From: a virus
DNA length: 64,000 nucleotides
Virus record (IMG/VR): IMGVR_UViG_3300009164_000002
Span: 2,968-66,967 of that record
Strand: one strand, 5' to 3'
In this document: positions 17,981-25,912 of the stretch, in pieces
How positions within the stretch are numbered: the stretch's first letter is position 1
Layout: the number at the start of each line of letters is the position of its first letter
Made by a program: the position numbers and the translations under genes
Notes under the pieces: generated by a model
What the model saw: only the letters and a program-made list of their open reading frames with translations
Database searches by the model: none
What the model was told of the DNA's origin: nothing

Positions 17981-18391
17981 TTATCTATTGGCATGTTGAT
18001 TTGCGATTATCATTTGCGTTGGAGCCCATACTTCTAGTATATGCAACCTTAAGCGTTCTCCATTATAATGTTCACAAGTGCTGCCTTTTTCGTATTCAAT
18101 TGTCACTTCAAATTCTGTGCAATCGTCAGAAATGCTGTCTATACGGCACGGAGCCATGTAATGGTATCTTTGTTCATTATGAGTTATTGAATGGACTATA
18201 GGACTATGCACGGAGCAGTAACCGCCTATTGTAGTTGAATCTACTTTAGGACCATCCCATTCCTTCCAAACCATTCTTAGAAACTTGTGATGATTTTCTA
18301 TTTCTTTTTTTAAGTCTTCTTTTTCTTTAGTCGCGGCTAAAGTTTTTTCTTCTTGATCAAAGAAATCAAATATTGGTGTTGTTAATGTCAT
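17981..18391 (-). CDS. hypothetical protein
   Basis: ORF track. Confidence 0.6.
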   Translation of the reverse strand: MTLTTPIFDFFDQEEKTLAATKEKEDLKKEIENHHKFLRMVWKEWDGPKVDSTTIGGYCSVHSPIVHSITHNEQRYHYMAPCRIDSISDDCTEFEVTIEYEKGSTCEHYNGERLRLHILEVWAPTQMIIANQHANR

Positions 18392-18779
18392 TTATTGTAA
18401 AGGATATTAGTGCGTTAGCGTGAGCAATTGCCGCCTCTTTACTTAAGTGGATTAATCCCTTAGACTTAAAGGTTTTATCGCTGGAAGCATCATCCCAAGT
18501 GTATATATCATATCCAGTTTGCCCCCACAAGATGGGCGTGTAATAATATACACCCAACGACATCTCACCACGATACGGCTCAGGAACTTCGTGTCCGTTG
18601 ATGTTAATAGTCTTCGGCTTGCGGCGGTATTGGGTATTCGTAAACCAGATAGGATAAACTTGTCTCAGTGGTCTCCAAACTTGATTATCGAAATACTCCC
18701 ATCTTTCCCAAGGCGTTTCTGTTTCCATTGCGTCCTTGGCGTATTCCATCATCAACTCAGCATGTTTGTGTGGTTTCAT
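18366..18779 (-). CDS. conserved phage hypothetical protein
   Basis: PHKHAELM..YAKDA..PWERWE...YRRKP...GLIHL.KEAA. Confidence 0.7.
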   Translation of the reverse strand: MKPHKHAELMMEYAKDAMETETPWERWEYFDNQVWRPLRQVYPIWFTNTQYRRKPKTININGHEVPEPYRGEMSLGVYYYTPILWGQTGYDIYTWDDASSDKTFKSKGLIHLSKEAAIAHANALISFTINDINNTNI

Positions 18780-19170
18780 TTTTTTCTTTAATATAGTTTT
18801 CTAATACATCTGCAATTTCATCGAAAGTATATCCTCCGAAATCATTTAATTCTGGTAGAGTCATTTTTTCTTTCTCCCCATTTTTAGTTATATAATCAAA
18901 TTGTTGGTATAAATTTATACCGTAATAATCTTTGAACCAATAATGATCTGGCAAGCCACTTGCAAAGTATCCTAATGAATCAATAATTCCTTTAATATTT
19001 CTTGATAATGGATATGGAACTAAAATACCTTGCATTTCACAAGCTACTCCTAAGCAACAATAACCATCTTCAGTGCAAAGCTTATTAGTGATCTGTTTCC
19101 AATTGCCTGAACGTAATTCCTTGATCCATTCTTTTACGTTTTGTATTTGAGTTGTATTCATTGTATCCAT
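18757..19170 (-). CDS. conserved phage hypothetical protein
   Basis: WIKELRSG.WKQ...YCCLGV.C...LND..YTFDEIAD. Confidence 0.7.
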   Translation of the reverse strand: MDTMNTTQIQNVKEWIKELRSGNWKQITNKLCTEDGYCCLGVACEMQGILVPYPLSRNIKGIIDSLGYFASGLPDHYWFKDYYGINLYQQFDYITKNGEKEKMTLPELNDFGGYTFDEIADVLENYIKEKNETTQTC

Positions 19171-19487
19171 TTATCAATTGTTTTAAGAAAAGCTTCTGCG
19201 CGTTGGGCTGCGGTGGCATGAACAATGTCAAATGTATCGTCTAAACCAGAAGTGTAATAGCCTCCATTTAATTGATAGGCGTATTCTCTTTTGTCTTTTT
19301 GGCTTAATGTTTTCTCCGCCTCGTGCATCGCGTTGAGGTCGTTGAGGTAGTCGGGAATTCCGATACTGCCCCAGTATTTACCCTCCGCATTCATTCCTAT
19401 GGAGGCAATACAAGATTCACCCCACATTCTGACATTGATAAACTCACAAGTCTCTGCGATGGCGATTCTTTGTTGTTCTTCAGTCAT
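19158..19487 (-). CDS. phage ABA-sandwich-like protein
   Basis: PDYLNDLNAMHEAE...ATAAQRAEAFL. Confidence 0.6.
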   Translation of the reverse strand: MTEEQQRIAIAETCEFINVRMWGESCIASIGMNAEGKYWGSIGIPDYLNDLNAMHEAEKTLSQKDKREYAYQLNGGYYTSGLDDTFDIVHATAAQRAEAFLKTIDKWIQ

Positions 19488-19560
19488 ATTTGTAATAGAG
19501 TATTACCATAACAACTGTTATGACTGCGGCGATTATGATTTCAATTGTATCTTCAGACAT
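19480..19560 (-). CDS. 26-aa membrane peptide (MSEDTIEIIIAAVITVVMVILYYKYD)
   Basis: Read by hand; single TM segment; fills the gap. Confidence 0.45.
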   Translation of the reverse strand: MSEDTIEIIIAAVITVVMVILYYKYD

Positions 19561-19581
19561 AAATAAATAAATTTAGTTGAA

Positions 19582-20757
19582 TTAAAGTGTTTCTTTGAGC
19601 TTACCTTTGGCTTGTTTGATTATTTCTTTAATAAGATATGTTTGGAAGTTTCTATCCATGTCAAAATATCCAGCTACATGAGCGTTTTCTTCGAAAAGAG
19701 TTACTACAAGAAAGAACAAGCCCTCACTAAACGCTTTTTTAGTGAGATAGATGCTACCTTTGTATTCGTAAGCATAAGTGTTACCATCTTCTGAATGAAC
19801 CATCTTGATTGGTGCAGTGATTGGATAACCTGCTTTAGTTAAGAATTCTTTGCCGCGCTCAATCATCAATGCTTCTTCTTCATCTGGTTCTATTAAAGTA
19901 AAAGCAGCTCCTTTCATTTTCTTGGAAATTAGCTTTTGAATACGGCTATTAAGTTTTGCTGGGCTGTTCGTCCAAAGATTAGTGACAATGTTTTTAAAGT
20001 CGTCTTTCCAATCCCAGTCAAAGTCCAAACGTTCTACTTCCCAACACATCTGGTTAGTGATGATGTTTGTAATAATTTCTTTGTCTTTAATATATCTTAC
20101 GATTGCTTGTCCTACTTTTTGTGTGACTTGATGATCATACTTGTATGTCCTGTCTTCAGTTAGTTCTAAGTAATCTTTGATGTGATAAGAATAGAGAGCT
20201 CCATCAACTGATCCTACTTTAACTCCTCTGTGGTAAATTGTTCCGTTGCCAGCATAAATATCTACACTGTCACTTGTTGCTAATGGCTCACGATCACCTA
20301 TGAAGTAGTCGTTATGTTTCTTCATGCATTCAGCAAATTCTTTGCCTTCTACGATGATTGACGTGCCTTCTTCCATAGGCTCACCCATGAAGTGAATGCC
20401 TCCTTCGTCCATTGTATTGCTGACAAGCTCTCTGTAAGCTCCCCATACGTCCCATGTATGCCCGTAGTGGGTGGTGAAAGATAATGGCTTACCATTGCAG
20501 GTGATACGTTTGAACTCTTTACCACGGAAATTAAGGTCGATTAGCCCAAATTCATAAATGTTAGTGCCGGACTTGATCGTAATCTTATGTTCAGTTCGAA
20601 GTAGAACTGCAATAGCATAGCAAAGACCTGTGCCAAATTTACCAATAGCTTCATCTTGGTCAATTTTTGCACTAACTCCTTGCATTTCCCATGCTTCTGG
20701 TTGGATTTCTTCATTATTGTGGAAGATTATTTTATTACTTAGTAATGTATTAGTCAT
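19582..20757 (-). CDS. GHKL-type ATPase-like protein with reordered motifs and a C-terminal zincin-like segment
   Basis: IGKFGTGL precedes AYRELVSNTMD; GT box EEGTSIIV; C-terminal LFEENAH. Confidence 0.7.
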   Translation of the reverse strand: MTNTLLSNKIIFHNNEEIQPEAWEMQGVSAKIDQDEAIGKFGTGLCYAIAVLLRTEHKITIKSGTNIYEFGLIDLNFRGKEFKRITCNGKPLSFTTHYGHTWDVWGAYRELVSNTMDEGGIHFMGEPMEEGTSIIVEGKEFAECMKKHNDYFIGDREPLATSDSVDIYAGNGTIYHRGVKVGSVDGALYSYHIKDYLELTEDRTYKYDHQVTQKVGQAIVRYIKDKEIITNIITNQMCWEVERLDFDWDWKDDFKNIVTNLWTNSPAKLNSRIQKLISKKMKGAAFTLIEPDEEEALMIERGKEFLTKAGYPITAPIKMVHSEDGNTYAYEYKGSIYLTKKAFSEGLFFLVVTLFEENAHVAGYFDMDRNFQTYLIKEIIKQAKGKLKETL

Positions 20758-20804
20758 TTTTGTGTGTTTTCTTTTATTGATATTTAGAATCTATAAACTT
20801 ATCT

Positions 20805-20817
20805 AGCGCGAAGCGCT
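20805..20817 (+). promoter_or_regulatory. C-GAA-G DNA mini-hairpin, copy 3
   Basis: AGCGC-GAA-GCGCT, intergenic. Confidence 0.55.
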
Positions 20818-20818
20818 T

Positions 20819-21049
20819 TTAGTCAGCGTCGATTTGTTCTTCACATTCGTAGTTTGAGTCAGTAAATATCTCTTTTCTATATTTGCTCATAACTGTCTTC
20901 TCACAGCTATTACATACGCTTTGGCAGTATATGCCCCGCGCGTCATAAAGAGGGAACCATGGCAGTTCTGAGCCGCAACTACAGGCATTGTAGGGAACTC
21001 TATCGTTGCTTAGTGTTATTGTATTTTCTTGAGTGTTAATGCTATACAT
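20819..21049 (-). CDS. small Zn-binding hypothetical protein
   Basis: CSCGS...YDARGIYC..VC.SC. Confidence 0.65.
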   Translation of the reverse strand: MYSINTQENTITLSNDRVPYNACSCGSELPWFPLYDARGIYCQSVCNSCEKTVMSKYRKEIFTDSNYECEEQIDAD

Positions 21050-21068
21050 TGTTTTAGTCAGGCTAAAG

Positions 21069-21260
21069 TTATTTCCATGCCTTTTTTTTTGCTATCTCAT
21101 AAGTCTTATAAGTATCAATTAATTTATCATCATGATATAGATCAAAGACGTTGTTTTCACATACATGAGTTTCACCCATAGCGAATATAACGCCATCAGG
21201 CTTGCGACTTTGTTTGATTGTAAAGCCTTCCTTGAATTTATATTCTTTATAGTTTTCCAT
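21069..21260 (-). CDS. hypothetical protein
   Basis: ORF track. Confidence 0.55.
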   Translation of the reverse strand: MENYKEYKFKEGFTIKQSRKPDGVIFAMGETHVCENNVFDLYHDDKLIDTYKTYEIAKKKAWK

Positions 21261-21262
21261 GT

Positions 21263-21520
21263 TTATTTACGTATTACGTGATACAATGGTGCTGATTTAA
21301 CCCAAATGGTTCGGCTGAGCTCATTTAATACAATGGGCTTTGTCTTTTGATACACTCCACCCTCTTTGCATATAGGGTCTAGTTGTGCTTTAATCTTAGA
21401 TATTTCATTTAATGTCGCATTTAATGTTATTTGCATAGCTAGGAACGTAAGCCCAATTATTACAGTTAGTGTCGTTATCATCTCGCTAATGTTACTGATT
21501 CTGGGAGATAATCCCCCCAA
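21263..21520 (-). CDS. membrane-anchored hypothetical protein (start probably at 21481)
   Basis: TM segment ITTLTVIIGLTFLAM. Confidence 0.5.
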   Translation of the reverse strand: MGGLSPRISNISEMITTLTVIIGLTFLAMQITLNATLNEISKIKAQLDPICKEGGVYQKTKPIVLNELSRTIWVKSAPLYHVIRK

Positions 21521-21903
21521 CTTGCTGTGTTGTATTTTTCTTTGGAAATGCTTTTGAATTTTACATAGACATCTATGCCTTCAATTAACTCAAATGTCCT
21601 TTTTAACGTGGCGAATATAAATATTGGTTCGCATCTTACTTTCCCGTTAATTACTTCATACGCACTATTGGTTATCGTTTCTTCGAATAGTATCTTTCTG
21701 AATTGGAAAGCATTTTTTGACAGCTTATTGCTGACTTCGAATACAATATAGTCGGATTTAACATCTGTTTTAGCTTTGATCCATGCTTCGCAAATGAACA
21801 ATCTACCCCACTCGTAGCCTTTCTCTCTTCTTTCAGCTGTATCAAGACGATAGTCATTGCCTTGTTTGATTAGCATTAGTTCTATGTGATCGTATTTTTG
21901 CAT
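21478..21903 (-). CDS. hypothetical protein
   Basis: ORF track. Confidence 0.6.
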   Translation of the reverse strand: MQKYDHIELMLIKQGNDYRLDTAERREKGYEWGRLFICEAWIKAKTDVKSDYIVFEVSNKLSKNAFQFRKILFEETITNSAYEVINGKVRCEPIFIFATLKRTFELIEGIDVYVKFKSISKEKYNTASWGDYLPESVTLAR

Positions 21904-21930
21904 ATAGTAAAATTGATTATTGTAAAAAAA

Positions 21931-22010
21931 GGTGCGTGATCTAGGAGGGACTTTCGATGTTTCACCGCCTTCAATGTCACAGACGTATATGTTGCACCGC
22001 TAGACCACGC
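21931..22010 (-). ncRNA. 80-nt small RNA candidate just downstream of tmRNA
   Basis: 11-bp closing stem GCGTGGTCTAG/CTAGATCACGC followed by ACC-TTTTTTT. Confidence 0.55.
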
Positions 22011-22024
22011 ATTATTTAGGAAAA

Positions 22025-22433
22025 TGGTGGAGGTGTCGGGAGTTGAACCCGAGTCCTTAACGCTTTTCACAATCTTTTCGAACACGTTTATATTAGCTCG
22101 TCAAAGTGAGCCAGTCTTAGGGACATTCCAGTTATGGAACATCCTCCACCATCCTGTCTTTACGCCACAGACTTGCGTTGTTTTCCCGTTTTGTATCTTA
22201 TCATAGAGCGGGAGTATTGATAAGCGTGTTTGACCTGCGTCGATTAAGCAGCAGCAAGCTCGCGCTCCACGAAACCGTGGAATTCAAGGATGTTGTTTGC
22301 TTCCTCAACGGAAGGTGCGAATTCGTTAGAATCTGCATTTATTTGTTTTTAATCGGCTTTTAACGCAGCCAACCGATTAACTGCGACGTGCTTAGATTGA
22401 GTAGAGCATTAAGTCGAAACCATTTGCACCCCC
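22025..22433 (-). ncRNA. ssrA: tmRNA (transfer-messenger RNA)
   Basis: 5' GGGGGTGCAAATGGTTTCGAC; 3' GACTCGGGTTCAACTCCCGACACCTCCACCA; G3.U70 Ala acceptor; PK1-like pseudoknot; tag ADSNEFAPSVEEANNILEFHGFVERELAAA* at 22336-22244. Confidence 0.95.
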
Positions 22434-22475
22434 GTAAAAATTGATTGTAATGCACTTATTAAGATTGACTAGTGC

Positions 22476-22515
22476 AAAAAAAGAAAGCCCCCACCCCGAT
22501 TAAGGAGTGAGGGCT
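22476..22515 (-). terminator. Rho-independent terminator
   Basis: Minus strand AGCCCTCACTCC-TTAATC-GGGGTGGGGGCT-TTCTTTTTTT. Confidence 0.8.
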
Positions 22516-22532
22516 GAATACACACGATGAGA

Positions 22533-22961
22533 TTAGAACGCTGGCTCGTCTGCTTCTGAGCCGAGTCCGAAAGCTGCGAGGAAGTCTTTGTTTTCTTTGA
22601 GACGACCAAGTGCTTCTGAGTCTTTGACGTTGCTTAGGAAGCAATGAACTGTTCCGTTCTTGACTTTGGATTTGTTCTTGAGTGCCCACAAGTTGATATA
22701 CTGGAGGTCACCGATTGCGTCTGCATTGTCCATGTATACGCCAGTGGAGTAGATGGCATCTCCATTGCGACTTGCTGCACGAACGGCTGCATCTGCTTCT
22801 GGATTAGCCGTTGTGGTCATGCGAACGACACCGTTAGCGTCTGCAATTTCTTCGTTCTTGACGCGATACACAACTTTGGTTGTTTCTGGTTTGAACGCGA
22901 GATATTTACGCACTTCTAGTTCTTCTGCTTGGTCACGGACATGTAGTAATACTGTTTTCAT
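22533..22961 (-). CDS. hypothetical protein with an SSB-like acidic C-terminal tip (EADEPAF)
   Basis: Apparently monocistronic: mini-hairpin and 5' stem-loop upstream, terminator downstream. Confidence 0.7.
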   Translation of the reverse strand: MKTVLLHVRDQAEELEVRKYLAFKPETTKVVYRVKNEEIADANGVVRMTTTANPEADAAVRAASRNGDAIYSTGVYMDNADAIGDLQYINLWALKNKSKVKNGTVHCFLSNVKDSEALGRLKENKDFLAAFGLGSEADEPAF

Positions 22962-23046
22962 TTCTATTTGTTTCTTTCTGTTTGTTTGTTATTGGTGTGT
23001 CTCCCTCAACTCCGTATTGAAGCTGAGAGAGACTAATTTACTCACT

Positions 23047-23059
23047 AGCACGAAGTGCT
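23047..23059 (+). promoter_or_regulatory. C-GAA-G DNA mini-hairpin, copy 4
   Basis: AGCAC-GAA-GTGCT (compensatory A-T pair). Confidence 0.55.
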
Positions 23060-24744
23060 TAAGCAAGAGCTATATCAAGTGTTCTATGAAACTCACGCTG
23101 TGCACGTTTTTCTGACGAGTATTCGAACTTGTCATAGATCATGTTCGCAAGGACACGTTTGAGCGTAGGTGACGCATTACGTGCTGTTGTTGGTCTTTCT
23201 GGCAGTTTTGGTATTGCTTTGGTGACGATTTTCCTACCTTCTACCATAATACCTGTTGTTCCGCGTTTGAGGCGACGCACTGAGCCATGACGACCTTCTG
23301 GTTTATTATCACTTGTTAGTGTCACTCTGCTTTCGATGTGATTGTCTGGCAGTATGTGTGCGTTTTCTATCACACGCACTTTAGTTTGGCTAAATGCGTT
23401 TTCTGTGAACACATAACGCGGGACGACCTGCACGGCTTCTTGCGTATGATTCTCTAGTATCATTTCTAGAGTGTTAATCATGCGAGTGAATAACTTGATA
23501 CGCATTAGGGCTGAGTTGTAGGCTTCGAAAGCCCACGCTTCGCCTGTCCCGTTAAGTATGCTAAGGAACTTTGCTGTGTCTTGCGTTGCACCCTTAAGCC
23601 CGTGATACCATTGCATCTCGCCTTTGTCGTTGATTGCTTGCTCACCATAGAGAAGCTCTGTCACTTGTGGACGTGTTAAATCCTCTTTGGTGATGGATGT
23701 CTCATTAAGGTCTAGTTTACTTTGCAAGAACATGACAAGCTCAAGCTCTGCATCATCTTCTGCAAACTTAGACGTGTCTATTGCATAACCTTCTTTGTCA
23801 CGCTCTACGCCTAAGTTGTATGAAGCCTCCGCAGGATCTTCGTAATCTACGATGATTTCTTCTTCATCGTGAATCTCTAGGTCACTGCAATCTTTTAGGA
23901 TGTAGTAGTCTAGCTCTGATACGCTGAGCGGAGGTTCTTCTGCGACTTGCTTCATGGTCAAAGCTCCGTTCTCGTCTAACCAGTAACGGCTTGGAGTGAG
24001 TTTAGGATCTTTTTGCCATGATACGATGACTAACCAACAGTCTTGAAACCAAATTGTTGTGTAAGCAGGGATGATGTCTGTCAAACCCGTGAGCTCTTGT
24101 AGGATGCTGTGAGCACCGCCACGTATATCTTTACCAAGACGCTTTGCAATACTTTGCATTGCTGCATCTGGTGCTGATCTAAGCACTGGTGACCATGCAC
24201 CATCATGTTTTCCTAGATCGCAATACGTGCCGTCTGGAAGGCGGATTGCATAGCGAGCAGGTTCGTGTTGCATACCATTACCCTCTGATTTGATGAGAGG
24301 TGGAAGCTCGTAAACTTCTGCTGAGTGCCATTTACCGCCATTCTTGCGTGTGTTTGTCTTAGCACCATGACGCTGAGCACGACGGATAACGCCCTGCTCT
24401 ACTTTCCATTGTTCTAGACCACGTAGGCGTTCTGAAGCCCACATGAGAGAAGCAATCTTATCTTCTACGGTTTTGAGCCCGTCAAACGCTTCCTTCATTA
24501 CTTTGTCTGCACCTTTTGGCAGCCATTTACCGAAGTTACGCTGCATTATGATTTTAGCAGCACGATCTAATAGAGCGGCTTGCATAGACTTGTCTAGCTT
24601 GAAACGTTCTGGTTTCTCTGACTTAGATGCGGAGACTTCTTCTAGCATCATTAGTATCTGATCTGGAAGAGCGAATCCTCCGTCAGTGATCTCAGTGTTA
24701 AGTCCTGAGTATGTTTTTAGCGTCTTGAACGCGGTATTTTTCAT
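23059..24744 (-). CDS. large hypothetical early protein (561 aa)
   Basis: Long ORF with no motif I recognise. Confidence 0.8.
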   Translation of the reverse strand: MKNTAFKTLKTYSGLNTEITDGGFALPDQILMMLEEVSASKSEKPERFKLDKSMQAALLDRAAKIIMQRNFGKWLPKGADKVMKEAFDGLKTVEDKIASLMWASERLRGLEQWKVEQGVIRRAQRHGAKTNTRKNGGKWHSAEVYELPPLIKSEGNGMQHEPARYAIRLPDGTYCDLGKHDGAWSPVLRSAPDAAMQSIAKRLGKDIRGGAHSILQELTGLTDIIPAYTTIWFQDCWLVIVSWQKDPKLTPSRYWLDENGALTMKQVAEEPPLSVSELDYYILKDCSDLEIHDEEEIIVDYEDPAEASYNLGVERDKEGYAIDTSKFAEDDAELELVMFLQSKLDLNETSITKEDLTRPQVTELLYGEQAINDKGEMQWYHGLKGATQDTAKFLSILNGTGEAWAFEAYNSALMRIKLFTRMINTLEMILENHTQEAVQVVPRYVFTENAFSQTKVRVIENAHILPDNHIESRVTLTSDNKPEGRHGSVRRLKRGTTGIMVEGRKIVTKAIPKLPERPTTARNASPTLKRVLANMIYDKFEYSSEKRAQREFHRTLDIALA

Positions 24745-24801
24745 ATAGTGTGTATCTTTCTTGAACTTACTAATGAGTAGTAAGCTGTTATTTTAGCATC
24801 C

Positions 24802-24814
24802 AGCACGAAGTGCT
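24802..24814 (+). promoter_or_regulatory. C-GAA-G DNA mini-hairpin, copy 5
   Basis: AGCAC-GAA-GTGCT in the divergent intergenic region. Confidence 0.55.
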
Positions 24815-24876
24815 TTGTTTAGTCTGCCTAAAGCACGGGCAGTTTCGTGTTTGACCAAGTGCGGTCTAAAGTGTAA

Positions 24877-25374
24877 ATGTCTGTTATGACTGAAGAGAAA
24901 CAAAAAGGCTTGCCGTGCATCCATCCCAATAAGATCGTAAGAGACGAAGACTGGGTAGGAATCAAGCACATGGCAGAACAAGGAGTAGGCTATGAAGAGC
25001 TAGGTGCACAGTTTGGTGTAAAGGCTTGCACTATCGGTAAGAAGGCTTCTAAGGAGCGTTGGCTCACTCCGACACGCATAGCTAGAGCAAAGAATGGAAA
25101 CGTCTCTGAGGACGATCCTGCGGCTGCTATCGCCCTATTGTGGAAAAGACGCGGCGTAGATTCAAGGGACAAGGTTTATCAAGGAGCTACTAAAGCCCTA
25201 GATAGGTTCTTTGCAATGTCCCCTGTCCCCCAAAGCTTCAACGAAGCACAAATAGCTCTTAAGATGGTAAATGAATCTATCAACCCTAATGGAGAGCTTA
25301 CACATAACGCAAATGTCTCTATTCACGTCCTTGCTTCTAAGGAGTTCAGTCCGACTCCCGTTATAGATGTTTAA
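24877..25374 (+). CDS. putative terminase small subunit
   Basis: N-terminal HTH (GVGYEELGAQFGVKACTIGKKASKERW), helical middle, NVSIHV...PVIDV tail. Confidence 0.6.
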   Translation: MSVMTEEKQKGLPCIHPNKIVRDEDWVGIKHMAEQGVGYEELGAQFGVKACTIGKKASKERWLTPTRIARAKNGNVSEDDPAAAIALLWKRRGVDSRDKVYQGATKALDRFFAMSPVPQSFNEAQIALKMVNESINPNGELTHNANVSIHVLASKEFSPTPVIDV

Positions 25375-25912
25375 ACGCAAACCATTCGCATTAGTGTGTT
25401 TCTTGCGTCTGGTTCGTTCTGTAGTTTAGTCATACCGTCTCGGAGGTGATTATCCAATCCCCTCTAAAACTCCTAATAGACCTACAAACACCTATACCTC
25501 TCCTCCTTGATCTCCAACCTACCTCCAAACCTACCTTTATGCCATACATGTGACACAAAAATAAGTATGAATAAGCAGAGGGGAGAGGGGGGGAAAGGTG
25601 TATATACAAAGGAAATCCTAAGACCCTTGGTAAAACTACGATTGAAACCAGTAAAAAAGTTCGGCACAGATGGATGTAAGTGGTTCTAAGGTGTGGTTAC
25701 ACAGCCCCAGAGAGGAAAGCACCGTAGTTATTAGTTACGATGCTCTCTAGCTCTAGGTAGAATAAAGTTATTGACTCCTTATTCTAATTGGGTTTAACTA
25801 CGCGCGGATGTGATTCCATTGTCTTATCTGAACGCCGTCCTCGTAGGCTTTACGAGTAAACCGCAGAAGGAATAGAAAGGTTATCCTTACGTATGGCTAA
25901 AGAGGGAGTATT

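Noticed and set aside
21882-22363. Short ORFs 21882-22085, 22024-22206 and 22178-22363
   Set aside because: They overlap tmRNA and the adjacent small RNA.
13442-24814. Reading the AGCGC-GAA-GCGCT hairpins as intrinsic terminators or cUUCGg tetraloops
   Set aside because: On the mRNA strand the loop is C-UUCG-C, lacking the closing G, and no U-tract follows. The 24802 copy has no convincing upstream gene to terminate. Not fully excluded for antisense transcription.
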